The notes below the pieces were generated by a model, which worked only from the letters and a program-made list of their open reading frames with translations, ran no database searches and was not told where the DNA came from. The translations under genes and the position numbers were made by a program. Below are positions 1 to 9,707 of a DNA stretch of 64,000 nt, in pieces. Origin of the DNA: a virus; IMG/VR virus record IMGVR_UViG_3300007712_000002, positions 28,504 through 92,503 of that record. One strand, given 5' to 3'. The stretch's first letter is position 1, and every line of letters starts with the position of its first letter.

Positions 1-2
1 GA

Positions 3-455
3 TGGTATAACAAAGTCAAGGACAACTTATCAAATATTGTCCCTGCAATCAGTTATTATGAAAAAGAGCTAGAGGAAGCCCGCAAGGAAACATTCTTGTC
101 GGGTAACCTCGAAGCGAACAGCAAACGTATACCAGGTGATGTAGCTTATCGCTTTGCTCAGTTACAAGAGGTTGATGCTATCTTGGAATATCTCAACATC
201 GAACTTCGCAAGATACATCGTGAGAAGTATCGCAAATATCTTGAGCACTATAACAAAGCACTCAGCAGCCGTGATGCTGACAAGTTTGCGGAAGGCGACC
301 AGGACTACATTGACATGGAGCACTTGGTCAATGAGTTTGCACTCGTCCGCAACAAATATCTAGCCATCATGAAGGGACTGGATAACAAAAGCTTCCAAAT
401 TAACAATATCACCAAGCTTCGCACGGCGGGCATGGAAGATATCAGTCTAGATTGA
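3..455 (+). CDS. uvsY: Recombination mediator UvsY-like protein (5' end probably outside window)
   Basis: Frame is open from nt 3; YxxYLEHYNKALSSRDADKF...KGLDNKSFQINNITKLRTAGMED is typical of T4-like UvsY. Confidence 0.8.
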   Translation, partial: WYNKVKDNLSNIVPAISYYEKELEEARKETFLSGNLEANSKRIPGDVAYRFAQLQEVDAILEYLNIELRKIHREKYRKYLEHYNKALSSRDADKFAEGDQDYIDMEHLVNEFALVRNKYLAIMKGLDNKSFQINNITKLRTAGMEDISLD

Positions 456-505
456 CATGTTGGCGTCGTTCATGTATAGTCAATCAGAAAATAAAGGATT
501 CTAAC

Positions 506-742
506 GTGGATAACCTTATCCAAACAATCATGTATCTGCTCATCGGATACCTTGTTGGCATTTGGCTGGCCGCGCCAGGCATTTTTTCCTGGACGGTGAG
601 TGCAACACAGTGGGGCAACATCTTGGTCTACGTCTACATGTTGTTTTGGCCGTTCATACTTCTCTTCCACTTTGTCTTGTGGATCATCGCTATCGTGTTG
701 ATCTTCATCGTGGTTGCAATGATTTTGGAACGCTACTCCTAA
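506..742 (+). CDS. Small membrane protein
   Basis: Hydrophobic ORF, GTG start after AAGGA. Confidence 0.6.
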   Translation: MDNLIQTIMYLLIGYLVGIWLAAPGIFSWTVSATQWGNILVYVYMLFWPFILLFHFVLWIIAIVLIFIVVAMILERYS

Positions 743-759
743 AAAAGTTGAAAGAGTGG

Positions 760-788
760 TTGACAAACCAAGCTACCTTGCTTATATT
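760..788 (+). promoter_or_regulatory. Sigma70-type early promoter (TTGACAAACCAAG family)
   Basis: TTGACA-17 nt-TATATT followed by AAAGGAG RBS; near-identical copy at 45090. Confidence 0.8.
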
Positions 789-807
789 GGTAAGGTAAGC
801 AAAGGAG

Positions 808-1116
808 ATGGACATGGCATCCAAAATTGAAATGCTCGCTGCACTGACTCCAGGTTGCAATACTGCGTCTAGCCAGCCTGCAACGATCAGCAGCCGAAAG
901 TTTGATTTCGACAAGAGCAAGAACCTGTTCCTCGCCGAAGTCAGCGAACTCCAAATCCGCGAGATGGGCTGCTTCTACATTCGCAGTGCTCGCACTGGCG
1001 ACACTCGTCTGTTCATGCTCCAGAAAGTGGAGCGTGACGCAAGTGGCGAGGACATTCTCGCCTTTCACTACATCAGCCCGGGACAAGGTCTCAGTGCTGT
1101 TGTGTTCAACGACTAA
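808..1116 (+). CDS. Hypothetical early protein
   Basis: ORF with AAAGGAG RBS downstream of promoter. Confidence 0.7.
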   Translation: MDMASKIEMLAALTPGCNTASSQPATISSRKFDFDKSKNLFLAEVSELQIREMGCFYIRSARTGDTRLFMLQKVERDASGEDILAFHYISPGQGLSAVVFND

Positions 1117-1135
1117 ACCTCAAAAAGGAACTAAC

Positions 1136-1249
1136 ATGGATATCTTGATTGTTTTGGTAGCTTGCCCGCTTCTGGCGCTTGGAATTGGTTACCTCTATGC
1201 ACTGAAGATTGGTGCAGAACATCGTCCTGAATACGATAAAATTGCTTGA
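1136..1249 (+). CDS. Small membrane peptide
   Basis: AAAGGA RBS; MDILIVLVACPLLALGIGYLY hydrophobic stretch. Confidence 0.5.
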   Translation: MDILIVLVACPLLALGIGYLYALKIGAEHRPEYDKIA

Positions 1250-1313
1250 CGCCCCGGGGCGTCTCGCAGTATACTAACAACATTAGAAGTATTACAAATC
1301 AGAAGGAAGTCCG

Positions 1314-2087
1314 ATGATTGGATATCGCCCTACAAAAGAAAAATATCCCCTGATGGAGGCACTTGCTGTCGCCGTTGCGATTGATCGCGAACAAGGCTTT
1401 ATCAAGTCCAACCAGGGATACTACGATCAAGATACTGATCAGCGTGTTGATGACAACCGCACGGTTGCTCTCCGCACGTTGCGGGTTCGCCACGGCGCCA
1501 AACCACAGACCAATGGTGATGGTGTGGAACTTTATCGTGTCGAAACCACATCAGAAGATGAACAGAAGGCACAGGAAATCTTCAGCTACTTTGACCAGGT
1601 CTTGCTCATGGACAAGATGGCCGATAACCTTGTCAAGCATGGCCGTGACGGCCTGATCAATGACTACAATCTCCAGTTGAGCAGGATGTTTGACAAAGGT
1701 GAGATTGACGTTAACAAAGAGCTGGCTATGATTGTCAGCCTTCCCAACAGCCGTCGGATGGCCGACAAGCGCGACCAAATGGATGAGTTTCATGCCAGCC
1801 ATAAAGCCAACGGCTACGTTGGTGATTTGCGTCAACGTATCAAGGTCGTGGCCCGGGTCATGGACGTCAAGTTTCTCCCCCGTCATCATATTCATCTTGC
1901 GACAGTTGTTACTGAAGATGAAAAGCTTATCAAGTTCTTCATGAACGAGAAGCTGGGTGATATGGCCCGCACGATCAATGGCAAGACTATTGAGATCACG
2001 GGCACGGTCAAGAAGCAGGAAGTCAATGATTTTACTGGCTGCCAGGAAACAGTGATCAACCGTGTCAAGATCGGAGAAACCCAGTAA
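1314..2087 (+). CDS. Hypothetical protein, possible C-terminal OB-fold
   Basis: 257-aa ORF with RBS; beta-rich C-terminus (IEITGTVKKQ...TVINRVKI). Confidence 0.6.
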   Translation: MIGYRPTKEKYPLMEALAVAVAIDREQGFIKSNQGYYDQDTDQRVDDNRTVALRTLRVRHGAKPQTNGDGVELYRVETTSEDEQKAQEIFSYFDQVLLMDKMADNLVKHGRDGLINDYNLQLSRMFDKGEIDVNKELAMIVSLPNSRRMADKRDQMDEFHASHKANGYVGDLRQRIKVVARVMDVKFLPRHHIHLATVVTEDEKLIKFFMNEKLGDMARTINGKTIEITGTVKKQEVNDFTGCQETVINRVKIGETQ

Positions 2088-2105
2088 CCCACTGAAAATA
2101 AAACA

Positions 2106-2135
2106 GACAAAGGCGCTCCAAGGGGCGCCTTTGTC
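2106..2135 (+). terminator. Hairpin, likely terminator
   Basis: GACAAAGGCGC...GCGCCTTTGTC inverted repeat. Confidence 0.6.
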
Positions 2136-2190
2136 ATTGACACTACCAATACCTTTTGCTAGATTACATGGGTAAGCAATAGGAGATAAA

Positions 2191-3222
2191 ATGACCGAGA
2201 TCATTGTCAAGCGTGGACGTTACGGAGAGCAAGAAATTGTCAACCAGCCGTTCACCATGGAGCTCAGCCCGCGCATGGGCAAGAAGGGCATGTATGTCAC
2301 AGTTGACGGCACGCCGATCGGACAAAAGCGCAAGGTGCGGGTCCTGATCGACAGCGAAAACGATGTCAAACTCAATGATAGCACCGCTGTTATCCGTCCC
2401 GTGGAAGCACAGGCCGAACCTGAAGTCCAAGCCGAGACTGACGAGCAGATCATGGATCGTATGCGTGAAAAGTTTCAAGTGCTGGATGGTATGACCATGG
2501 CGGCAGTTGAAGGCCATGTCCGCGCTATGATCGTTACAGGTCCTCCTGGTGTTGGCAAAAGCTTTGGTATCGAAACCACGCTGGAGAGCCTGGATGTCAT
2601 GGACAAGGTCACTGACACCGAATTGCATGATGAGACTGCGAAGCGCGGCGTCGAGAAGGTCGCAAGTGCAAGCGCACTGGGCCTTTACCAATTGCTTTGG
2701 GAATACCGTGCAGAAGGAAGCCTGCTTGTTCTGGACGATAGCGACAGCGTCCTAAATGACGAAGCTGGCATCAACATGCTCAAAGCTGCCACTGACTCGG
2801 GCAAGAAGCGCAAGTTGACCTGGCGCACTGAAAGCCGTGTGCTTGAAGATCGCGGCATACCTGACGAGTTCGAGTTTGAAGGTAGCATTATCTTTGTTAC
2901 CAACCTTGACTTTGAAAAGTCGCGCGGCAAGATTGGTGAGCACCTCAAGGCTATTGTTAGCCGCTGCCACTACCTGGACATGGGTATCCACGACAGCCAT
3001 GAAAAGTTTCTCCGCTGCAAGCAGATTGTGCGTGATGGAATGTTGACGTCCTACAAGTTTGATGATGTGATGATTGATCGTATCCTCACTTACATCGAGG
3101 TCAACCAGAAGTCACTGCGCGAACTTAGCCTGCGTATGGTCAAGAAGATTGCGGACCTTGCTCGCATGGATCCTGATAGTTGGCAGACGTATGCAGACCA
3201 GACTTGCTTGCGGGGGAAGTGA
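2191..3222 (+). CDS. AAA+/P-loop ATPase
   Basis: Walker A GPPGVGKS, Walker B LVLDDSD, sensor IIFVTN, arginine finger AIVSRC. Confidence 0.85.
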   Translation: MTEIIVKRGRYGEQEIVNQPFTMELSPRMGKKGMYVTVDGTPIGQKRKVRVLIDSENDVKLNDSTAVIRPVEAQAEPEVQAETDEQIMDRMREKFQVLDGMTMAAVEGHVRAMIVTGPPGVGKSFGIETTLESLDVMDKVTDTELHDETAKRGVEKVASASALGLYQLLWEYRAEGSLLVLDDSDSVLNDEAGINMLKAATDSGKKRKLTWRTESRVLEDRGIPDEFEFEGSIIFVTNLDFEKSRGKIGEHLKAIVSRCHYLDMGIHDSHEKFLRCKQIVRDGMLTSYKFDDVMIDRILTYIEVNQKSLRELSLRMVKKIADLARMDPDSWQTYADQTCLRGK

Positions 3223-3223
3223 C

Positions 3224-3532
3224 ATGAACCTGGAATCGCTTCGTGAATATGCTGATCTGCAGGAGGAAGTCCTGCAGATCGCACAGTGTATTGTGGATAC
3301 AGAAGCGTCTGATCCACAGGAAAACGCAGGCGAGCCGCTCAGAGCATACAGATTTACACCTGAACTCTACGTCACTGAAGTGGACCTTTCGCCTATTAAC
3401 CAAGGCATGATCTCGATCCACTATGTGGAAGACTGGGGACAGGCTGGCAGTGAGAGCAAAATCTTGCATCGCACCATTGAAGAGTTCTGTGATCCTAAAT
3501 ACCTTTTTAAATCGATAGAAGATGGAAACTGA
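3224..3532 (+). CDS. Hypothetical protein
   Basis: ORF abutting the ATPase gene. Confidence 0.6.
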   Translation: MNLESLREYADLQEEVLQIAQCIVDTEASDPQENAGEPLRAYRFTPELYVTEVDLSPINQGMISIHYVEDWGQAGSESKILHRTIEEFCDPKYLFKSIEDGN

Positions 3533-3534
3533 TT

Positions 3535-3798
3535 ATGAATATACCAGATGGTATTGATGGATGGGATTTTGATTTTGATAATACAGTTGTCTTCTATCAT
3601 GATAGTCATGTCCAAATGAAAGACATGAAATCCTGGTTCAGATCATTTTTAAATGACGAAGTGCGTTATGTTCCCGTCGCGCGGTCCGGACCATCAGGAC
3701 CATATTCTTGGTGGTTCGAACTTACAGATAACGACTTTGTTATGCTCAAAATAGTATTATCAATCACTGAACCTTCTGCTCCACCACGAACATTCTAA
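3535..3798 (+). CDS. Hypothetical protein (F-x-D/E...M/F-K-L family)
   Basis: ORF; C-terminal FELTDNDFVMLKI. Confidence 0.6.
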   Translation: MNIPDGIDGWDFDFDNTVVFYHDSHVQMKDMKSWFRSFLNDEVRYVPVARSGPSGPYSWWFELTDNDFVMLKIVLSITEPSAPPRTF

Positions 3799-3849
3799 TT
3801 ACTCAAAGTATCTTCTTGACATCATTAAAGAATAAATGTATGTTATGAA

Positions 3850-3926
3850 TTAACCAGCCAGTATCATCTCCTTTCCATCATTGCGTCCCTGGTTGGTCAA
3901 GCGGGTCGGGCAAGAGTCCGACCCGC
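3850..3926 (+). ncRNA. Candidate small RNA with anti-Shine-Dalgarno loop
   Basis: Own promoter TTGACA(3816)-17-TATGTT; two hairpins, first loop CAUCUCCUUUCCAUCAU. Confidence 0.5.
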
Positions 3927-3981
3927 ACTCATCTATGATAAGTATTTGACAATCATAGATAAAAAGTGTATTATTATTAAC

Positions 3982-5565
3982 ATGGAAGCAAAAATCGAGC
4001 TGCTCGATGAAGTGAATTGTAAAATTCACGGTCTTAACACGTCTACTAGGCGCAAGTTACATGATGAGTTTAGCTTCATGCTACCTCATGCTTATCACGT
4101 CCCGGCTTTTAAAATGGGTAGATGGGACGGCAAGACCAACTTCTTCGCTCTAGGCGGCAAAACATATGTAAATTTGTTAGAAGATATTCTGCCCTCGCTC
4201 CTTGAAGAAGGATACGAGGTCAGTCTAATTGACAATCGCAATAAGTATGATCTAGAACTCACTCCAATTGATGTAGATCACTTTGCGGATCGTGTATGGC
4301 CTGAAGGTCATCCAGTCGCCGGCGAACCTGTTATATTGCGCGACTATCAACTAGAGATCATCAATAACTTTTTGAAGAACCAATCCAGTGTTCAAGAAGT
4401 AGCAACAGGAGCAGGCAAGACACTTATTACAGCCGCCCTGAGCGACCTCATCGAGCGCAGTATGACAGAAGAACAGTTAGTGATGCACAAGCTAACAACT
4501 GGCAGCGACGGCGGCGCTAGAACTATTGTGGTTGTGCCAAACAAAGGCTTGGTTACCCAAACAGAAGAAGACTACCAAAATCTGGGTCTGGATGTGGGAG
4601 TATATTATGGTGATCGCAAAGAATACAATCGCACCCACACCATCTGCACTTGGCAAAGCCTAGAGATCATACAGAAGAATTTCAAGAACGGCAAAAGCGA
4701 CATGAGTCTAGAGGACTTCACACGTGGAGTCATGGCAGTGATTGTTGATGAGGCACACGGCGCCAAGGCTGATGTCCTCAAGGCCATGCTGGTCGGCGCG
4801 TTCCGTAACATACCAATACGTTGGGGGCTAACGGGCACCATACCCCCTGAAGAACACGCCGCAGTGGGCCTCAAGGTATCGTTGGGGCCAGTTGTGGGAG
4901 AGCTAGCAGCCGCTACACTACAAGCTGACGGGGTGCTATCAAACTGTCACGTTGACATAATACAGATGCAAGACAATGTGCTTTATGATAACTATCAGAG
5001 TGAGTTGAGTTATCTTACCACTGACAGCGCAAGACTAGACTACATGGCAGAATTTATCATGGCTATCGCTGGTGAAGAAAATACACTCGTGTTAGTCGAT
5101 AGGGTAAAGGCTGGACGAGGCCTACTAGAGAGGCTACCTGAAGACCGAACCGTGTTTGTTAGTGGCGAGATGAAGAACGAAGACCGCCGCGGACATTACA
5201 AAGATATTTCAAACAGCGATGGAAAGATCATCGTTGCAACCTACGGGGTCGCGGCCGTGGGTATTAACGTTCCCCGAATTTTCAATATGGTGCTTGTGGA
5301 ACCTGGCAAGAGCTTTATCCGTGTGATTCAAAGTATCGGGCGCGGATTGCGCCGTGCTGAGGATAAAGATTTCGTCAACATTTACGACATTTGTAGTTCA
5401 GCCAAGTTTAGTAAACGCCATCTCACGTCAAGGAAGAAGTTTTATAAAAAGGCCGAGTATCCTTTCAAGATCAACAAAGTAGATTGGCGACAAGACCAAA
5501 AACTGATTCGTGAATTAGGGAAACGAGTATTAAAGGAACCCCAAGTTGAAAATCTTAACCAGTGA
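3982..5565 (+). CDS. uvsW: UvsW-like SF2 DNA helicase
   Basis: LRDYQ, ATGAGKT, DEAH, GLTGT, QSIGRGLR motifs. Confidence 0.9.
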   Translation: MEAKIELLDEVNCKIHGLNTSTRRKLHDEFSFMLPHAYHVPAFKMGRWDGKTNFFALGGKTYVNLLEDILPSLLEEGYEVSLIDNRNKYDLELTPIDVDHFADRVWPEGHPVAGEPVILRDYQLEIINNFLKNQSSVQEVATGAGKTLITAALSDLIERSMTEEQLVMHKLTTGSDGGARTIVVVPNKGLVTQTEEDYQNLGLDVGVYYGDRKEYNRTHTICTWQSLEIIQKNFKNGKSDMSLEDFTRGVMAVIVDEAHGAKADVLKAMLVGAFRNIPIRWGLTGTIPPEEHAAVGLKVSLGPVVGELAAATLQADGVLSNCHVDIIQMQDNVLYDNYQSELSYLTTDSARLDYMAEFIMAIAGEENTLVLVDRVKAGRGLLERLPEDRTVFVSGEMKNEDRRGHYKDISNSDGKIIVATYGVAAVGINVPRIFNMVLVEPGKSFIRVIQSIGRGLRRAEDKDFVNIYDICSSAKFSKRHLTSRKKFYKKAEYPFKINKVDWRQDQKLIRELGKRVLKEPQVENLNQ

Positions 5566-6046
5566 AAATCAAACTTACGAGTTGGATTTCGTACCTGATG
5601 AGATTGATGATATTCGCTATTGCGTTCTCGATTACAGTGACAAGCAAAATCCTGATTACTACTTTATGCCGCTCGTATTTTTGGAGATCTTCAATGCTCC
5701 AGCAGCAGTATTACAAGTGGGTGATTATACATTTAAGATGCCTATTGACTGGAGTTTGATCATATGTGACAGCGAAATTGGTGAGCCTGAAGTTATACCT
5801 ATCACGTCACTTAATGACAGAGGGTTTTCAGCGTTTACTATTAATCCTATCTCAAGCTACATGCCCAGCTATCAAACCATTGAAATCGTCAATGTATACA
5901 GCGAGGTTAAATGGCATTTTCCTAAACTCAAACAAGGACATTTGTTAGCAGTGCCAATGGGAGATCAAGACGGATCAAACTGCGCGTTCTTTGTCAAAGA
6001 AACCAGCAAGGTTCCTGATGTGCTCGACATAAGCGAACTATGGTAG
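5546..6046 (+). CDS. Hypothetical protein in replication cluster
   Basis: 166-aa ORF overlapping the uvsW end. Confidence 0.7.
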   Translation: MKILTSENQTYELDFVPDEIDDIRYCVLDYSDKQNPDYYFMPLVFLEIFNAPAAVLQVGDYTFKMPIDWSLIICDSEIGEPEVIPITSLNDRGFSAFTINPISSYMPSYQTIEIVNVYSEVKWHFPKLKQGHLLAVPMGDQDGSNCAFFVKETSKVPDVLDISELW

Positions 6047-6185
6047 ACCGTGCAATTGTATACGCCCCCTATCTACCACTCTTCCCAGGTCAGCTAACGA
6101 CATTGGATGGATCAAAACACTATAATGACCGCCCGTATATGTGTATAATGAATATGTTAGGTCTATTGAATAACGGAAAAACGAG

Positions 6186-6653
6186 ATGCCAACAATTAAA
6201 GAAGAGATGTCTGCGATTGATTTACGCAAGTATAATTGGTATGCCAATCTCAATGAAGACGACAAAAAAGAGTTGAGCATGTGGGTCCTCATGCGTTACT
6301 GTTCTAGCACGAGCAGTAAGGTTGATGACATCAACCATTTTTATCTCAATATGACAAACGAACTAGTCAACGTCAATTTTAACGATCTGCGTCACTATCC
6401 TGATTTGCAGTTTCGTCTCATGCAATGTGTTGGTATTGGCAGTAACCAGTTTCACGCTTGGATCAAACCTGGCAAGAGAAAGAAGTCAAGCAAGGGCAAT
6501 GCAAAGCTTGAGGAATTCTATCTTGGTCTATACCCTCATCTAAAAGACGATGAGTTGGCAATGGCATTGGATTCAATGAGCGAACAAGACGTTCGCGATA
6601 TGCTTGAGGACGCCGGCATACCCAAGAACAAGGTAAAAGAATATCTCAAATGA
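6186..6653 (+). CDS. Possible clamp-loader small subunit (gp62-like)
   Basis: WVLMRY...N...QFHAWIKP...KK pattern and replication context. Confidence 0.45.
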   Translation: MPTIKEEMSAIDLRKYNWYANLNEDDKKELSMWVLMRYCSSTSSKVDDINHFYLNMTNELVNVNFNDLRHYPDLQFRLMQCVGIGSNQFHAWIKPGKRKKSSKGNAKLEEFYLGLYPHLKDDELAMALDSMSEQDVRDMLEDAGIPKNKVKEYLK

Positions 6654-7324
6654 CTTTCAAGTGTGAGTATTGTGGAAATACCTTCAAGCGCGAAAGCTCA
6701 TTGACTAATCACATGTGTAAGATCAAGAAGCGTTTCCTTCAACGCGACGAGCAACATGTTAAATTGGGCCTGAAGTTTTTTGATGATTGGTATCGTATCG
6801 CTATGGGCGCTAGTGGTCATAAAACATACGAACAATTTGCAAAAAGTCAATATTATGGGGCTTTTGTTCGTTTTGGACTTTACGTTCTCGAAACCCGCGT
6901 GTTAGCACCAGAGCGTTATCTAAGCTGGCTGATACGTGAGAAGACGCCCGTAGACAGGTGGTGCAAGGACAGCATATACAACCAATATCTGGCTGAACAA
7001 AGCAAACGGGAAACAGCAGAGCGCGCTCTAGAGCGTTTTGTTATACATGCTGATAGCTGGTCAGAACGCACAGGATATCACTGGACAGAATACTGGCGCG
7101 AGGTCAAACCACATACGTTGGTCAATGATATAAAAATGGGCAAGGTATCTCCATGGGTATTTCTAGGATACAGCAAAGCCAAAGACGCTCTTGATGAATT
7201 ACCAAATGAACTGTTAAATGATATTGCTGAGACAATTGATCTCTCTTATTGGCAACGCAAATTAGAACTGAACCAAAGAGACGTTAAGTGGATTGAAGGA
7301 ATATTAGATGTCAAAACAACCTAA
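6650..7324 (+). CDS. C2H2-like zinc-finger protein
   Basis: N-terminal FKCEYCGNTFKRESSLTNHMC. Confidence 0.7.
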   Translation: MTFKCEYCGNTFKRESSLTNHMCKIKKRFLQRDEQHVKLGLKFFDDWYRIAMGASGHKTYEQFAKSQYYGAFVRFGLYVLETRVLAPERYLSWLIREKTPVDRWCKDSIYNQYLAEQSKRETAERALERFVIHADSWSERTGYHWTEYWREVKPHTLVNDIKMGKVSPWVFLGYSKAKDALDELPNELLNDIAETIDLSYWQRKLELNQRDVKWIEGILDVKTT

Positions 7325-7547
7325 GTATTTGTTCCTTCCAATAAAAGCAATTGCGTCAGATAGCAGAATCGATTCAGATCAAGACCAAGTCATGATTTTA
7401 TTATCTGATTACACTTATTGGGGCCATCCAAAAATTAATAAGGCTTTGGAAAAATGGTGTGATGAATATGGCGCCGTCCTGGATGGATTGACATTGGTTT
7501 TTCCTGATGATGAAACATTTTTGTTATTTAAGATGACATGGGTATGA
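7308..7547 (+). CDS. Hypothetical protein (F-x-D/E...F-K-M family)
   Basis: ORF; C-terminal FPDDETFLLFKMTW. Confidence 0.6.
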   Translation: MSKQPKYLFLPIKAIASDSRIDSDQDQVMILLSDYTYWGHPKINKALEKWCDEYGAVLDGLTLVFPDDETFLLFKMTWV

Positions 7548-7552
7548 TATAA

Positions 7553-8134
7553 ATGAAACCAGCAGTAACAGATATCGATATTGACACACCAGATCGTGAC
7601 AAAATTCTAAAGCTATTTCGTCATACAATCGCAAGCAACCACAGTGGTAAAAAACCCAGGGCTCATAATACTGGTGTATATTTCCATCGTGTGCCAGAAG
7701 ATCCTTTAACTGGTCGTTGTAGCATTGATTACCAAGAAGCCGAGGATTTGGGATATTTCAAAATTGATGTTCTCAATGTCGGTATCTATAAGGATGTAAA
7801 AGATGAACAGCACATGAATCAATTGCTTGAACGAGAGCCTGTGTGGGAATTGTTAGAGGAAAAAGATTTCTGTGATATGCTATTCCACATACGTGGACAC
7901 CATGACATTTGTCGTCAAATGAAGCCACGCAATGTTGAGCAATTAGCAGCGGTTTTGGCTATGATTCGACCAGCAAAAAGATCACTTGTTGGTAAGGAGT
8001 GGGATCATGTCATGAAACATGTCTGGACCCGCCCACGTAACGACGATTACTACTTTAAGAAAAGCCATGCTGTCGGCTATGCAATGGCTGTCAAATTACA
8101 TATGAATTTATTGGTTGAAAAAATAAATGAATAA
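7553..8134 (+). CDS. DNA polymerase III alpha (DnaE)-like short protein
   Basis: DIDID, HNTGVYF, YFKIDVL, LAMIRP, FKKSHAVGY match DnaE palm/finger motifs in only 193 aa. Confidence 0.8.
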   Translation: MKPAVTDIDIDTPDRDKILKLFRHTIASNHSGKKPRAHNTGVYFHRVPEDPLTGRCSIDYQEAEDLGYFKIDVLNVGIYKDVKDEQHMNQLLEREPVWELLEEKDFCDMLFHIRGHHDICRQMKPRNVEQLAAVLAMIRPAKRSLVGKEWDHVMKHVWTRPRNDDYYFKKSHAVGYAMAVKLHMNLLVEKINE

Positions 8135-8816
8135 AATTGATCATTTAAATGAACATGGATATGCTGTTTGGAAAACCCTCGTTTCACCTACCTCTCTCTA
8201 TAGCCTAGTATATCATAAAGACACATTTGATATTCCTCTGCGTGGTCATGACATAAATGGAAATTATTATGAGTGTTATCACCGCAGTGTTGAATGGGCA
8301 AATTATTGGACACTACCACTCAATCAAAACAATCGAGTCAGAGAAATACGTGCCAATGTTGACCCTGTTGTTGAGCAACTTCTAGATCGTCCGGTTTTTT
8401 ATCATGCTGATGCCAGTGTATTAACAGAATTAAACAATACTATACGACCACATATCGATACACCACATAGACATAAGCCTTGGAATAAAAAAATTGACCG
8501 CAGGCTTGGAATACAAGTTGCAATGCCCATGCATGACATGAAAGTTACAGCTGGCATAACAGCATTTGTTCCTGGTAGTCATCGAAAATACTGGGATATA
8601 AAGAAATGTTATCGTGGAGATTACACACAACAATTTTTAAGGGAATGTGAACAACCTCAAATCACATATGGAGATATGATAGTTTGGGATGCAAGAACAT
8701 TGCATAGCCAAATGCCAAATGTTAGTCATTCAAGTCGATACATGTTAATAATGAATTACCTTGAAGAAGACGTTGTTCAAGATGTGATGCAATATGAAGC
8801 TAGTCTGCACGCCTAA
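8127..8816 (+). CDS. 2OG-Fe(II) dioxygenase, PhyH-like
   Basis: PHIDTP, FVPGSH, GD..VW.ARTLHS..PN.S..SR. Confidence 0.8.
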   Translation: MNKIDHLNEHGYAVWKTLVSPTSLYSLVYHKDTFDIPLRGHDINGNYYECYHRSVEWANYWTLPLNQNNRVREIRANVDPVVEQLLDRPVFYHADASVLTELNNTIRPHIDTPHRHKPWNKKIDRRLGIQVAMPMHDMKVTAGITAFVPGSHRKYWDIKKCYRGDYTQQFLRECEQPQITYGDMIVWDARTLHSQMPNVSHSSRYMLIMNYLEEDVVQDVMQYEASLHA

Positions 8817-9180
8817 TCAGCTGAACATTCTTTCGCTTTACACGTTTTTGCATGATATCCTTGAGACAAACACTTGGCCCATATTTGATCTCAAAATCTT
8901 TGATATTGAATGTTCGCAAGCAATCCTTAAAGGGTGCAAAACGTTTGCCAAGAATGATGTTGATTGGAATCATGCGATTTGTTTCCCACCACCATTCTGC
9001 ACCATATTCTAAAAACGCTTTGCGAAGTTCTGGTGTTTTGATTTCGTCAAATACATACATGCTAATCAAGTTTGCGTCTTGATTTTGTATGATGCCCAAA
9101 TATTCATTCTTGCCGTAAACTGCTACGGTCAAAAAAGGATACTCATCAAGCAAATCTTCTAGTTTAATATTTCCTGTCAT
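8800..9180 (-). CDS. Hypothetical protein (only clear minus-strand gene)
   Basis: ORF preceded on the minus strand by TATAAATA (9185-9192). Confidence 0.75.
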   Translation of the reverse strand: MTGNIKLEDLLDEYPFLTVAVYGKNEYLGIIQNQDANLISMYVFDEIKTPELRKAFLEYGAEWWWETNRMIPINIILGKRFAPFKDCLRTFNIKDFEIKYGPSVCLKDIMQKRVKRKNVQLIRRAD

Positions 9181-9229
9181 GCACCTATTTATACGCAAAA
9201 CGTCTTGGTGATTTTTGATAAATATCTGC

Positions 9230-9670
9230 ATGACAGTTTATGTATATAATACGCCACACGTTTCCAGTCCGATCAATGATCGCCGCGCAGGAACATATCG
9301 TGTTGGTAGTGATAGTCCTGATCCAATACAGATTTATAAGGGATGGGACACAGTGTTGTATTTTGCGTTCCGAAACCACACCAATCGAGCTTATTTAACA
9401 GTGGGATCTACCATTACGGCGCGCGTATACAATACAGAAAATGTTGAAGTTTTCGAAGGCACAATGGTAAGTGATCCTTTGATGGACGGCGCTGCAACTT
9501 TGTTTATGAACGCAGCCCAGACTGATATTTTCGAGGCCGGACTATATAGCATGATTGTCGAAGTCACTGATGAGCGCGGCCGCACTTTGGTTGCCCAAAC
9601 CAGCACCCGCAGCCTTCCCCGCTTTGTAATTGAAGTTATTGACCAGACTACAGTGGCTCTAAACATCTGA
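9230..9670 (+). CDS. Hypothetical beta-rich protein, likely virion
   Basis: TAAATA late promoter directly upstream. Confidence 0.65.
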   Translation: MTVYVYNTPHVSSPINDRRAGTYRVGSDSPDPIQIYKGWDTVLYFAFRNHTNRAYLTVGSTITARVYNTENVEVFEGTMVSDPLMDGAATLFMNAAQTDIFEAGLYSMIVEVTDERGRTLVAQTSTRSLPRFVIEVIDQTTVALNI

Positions 9671-9707
9671 TAGACACGTCCAGACTATTGTAATATACTG
9701 ATTCTAA

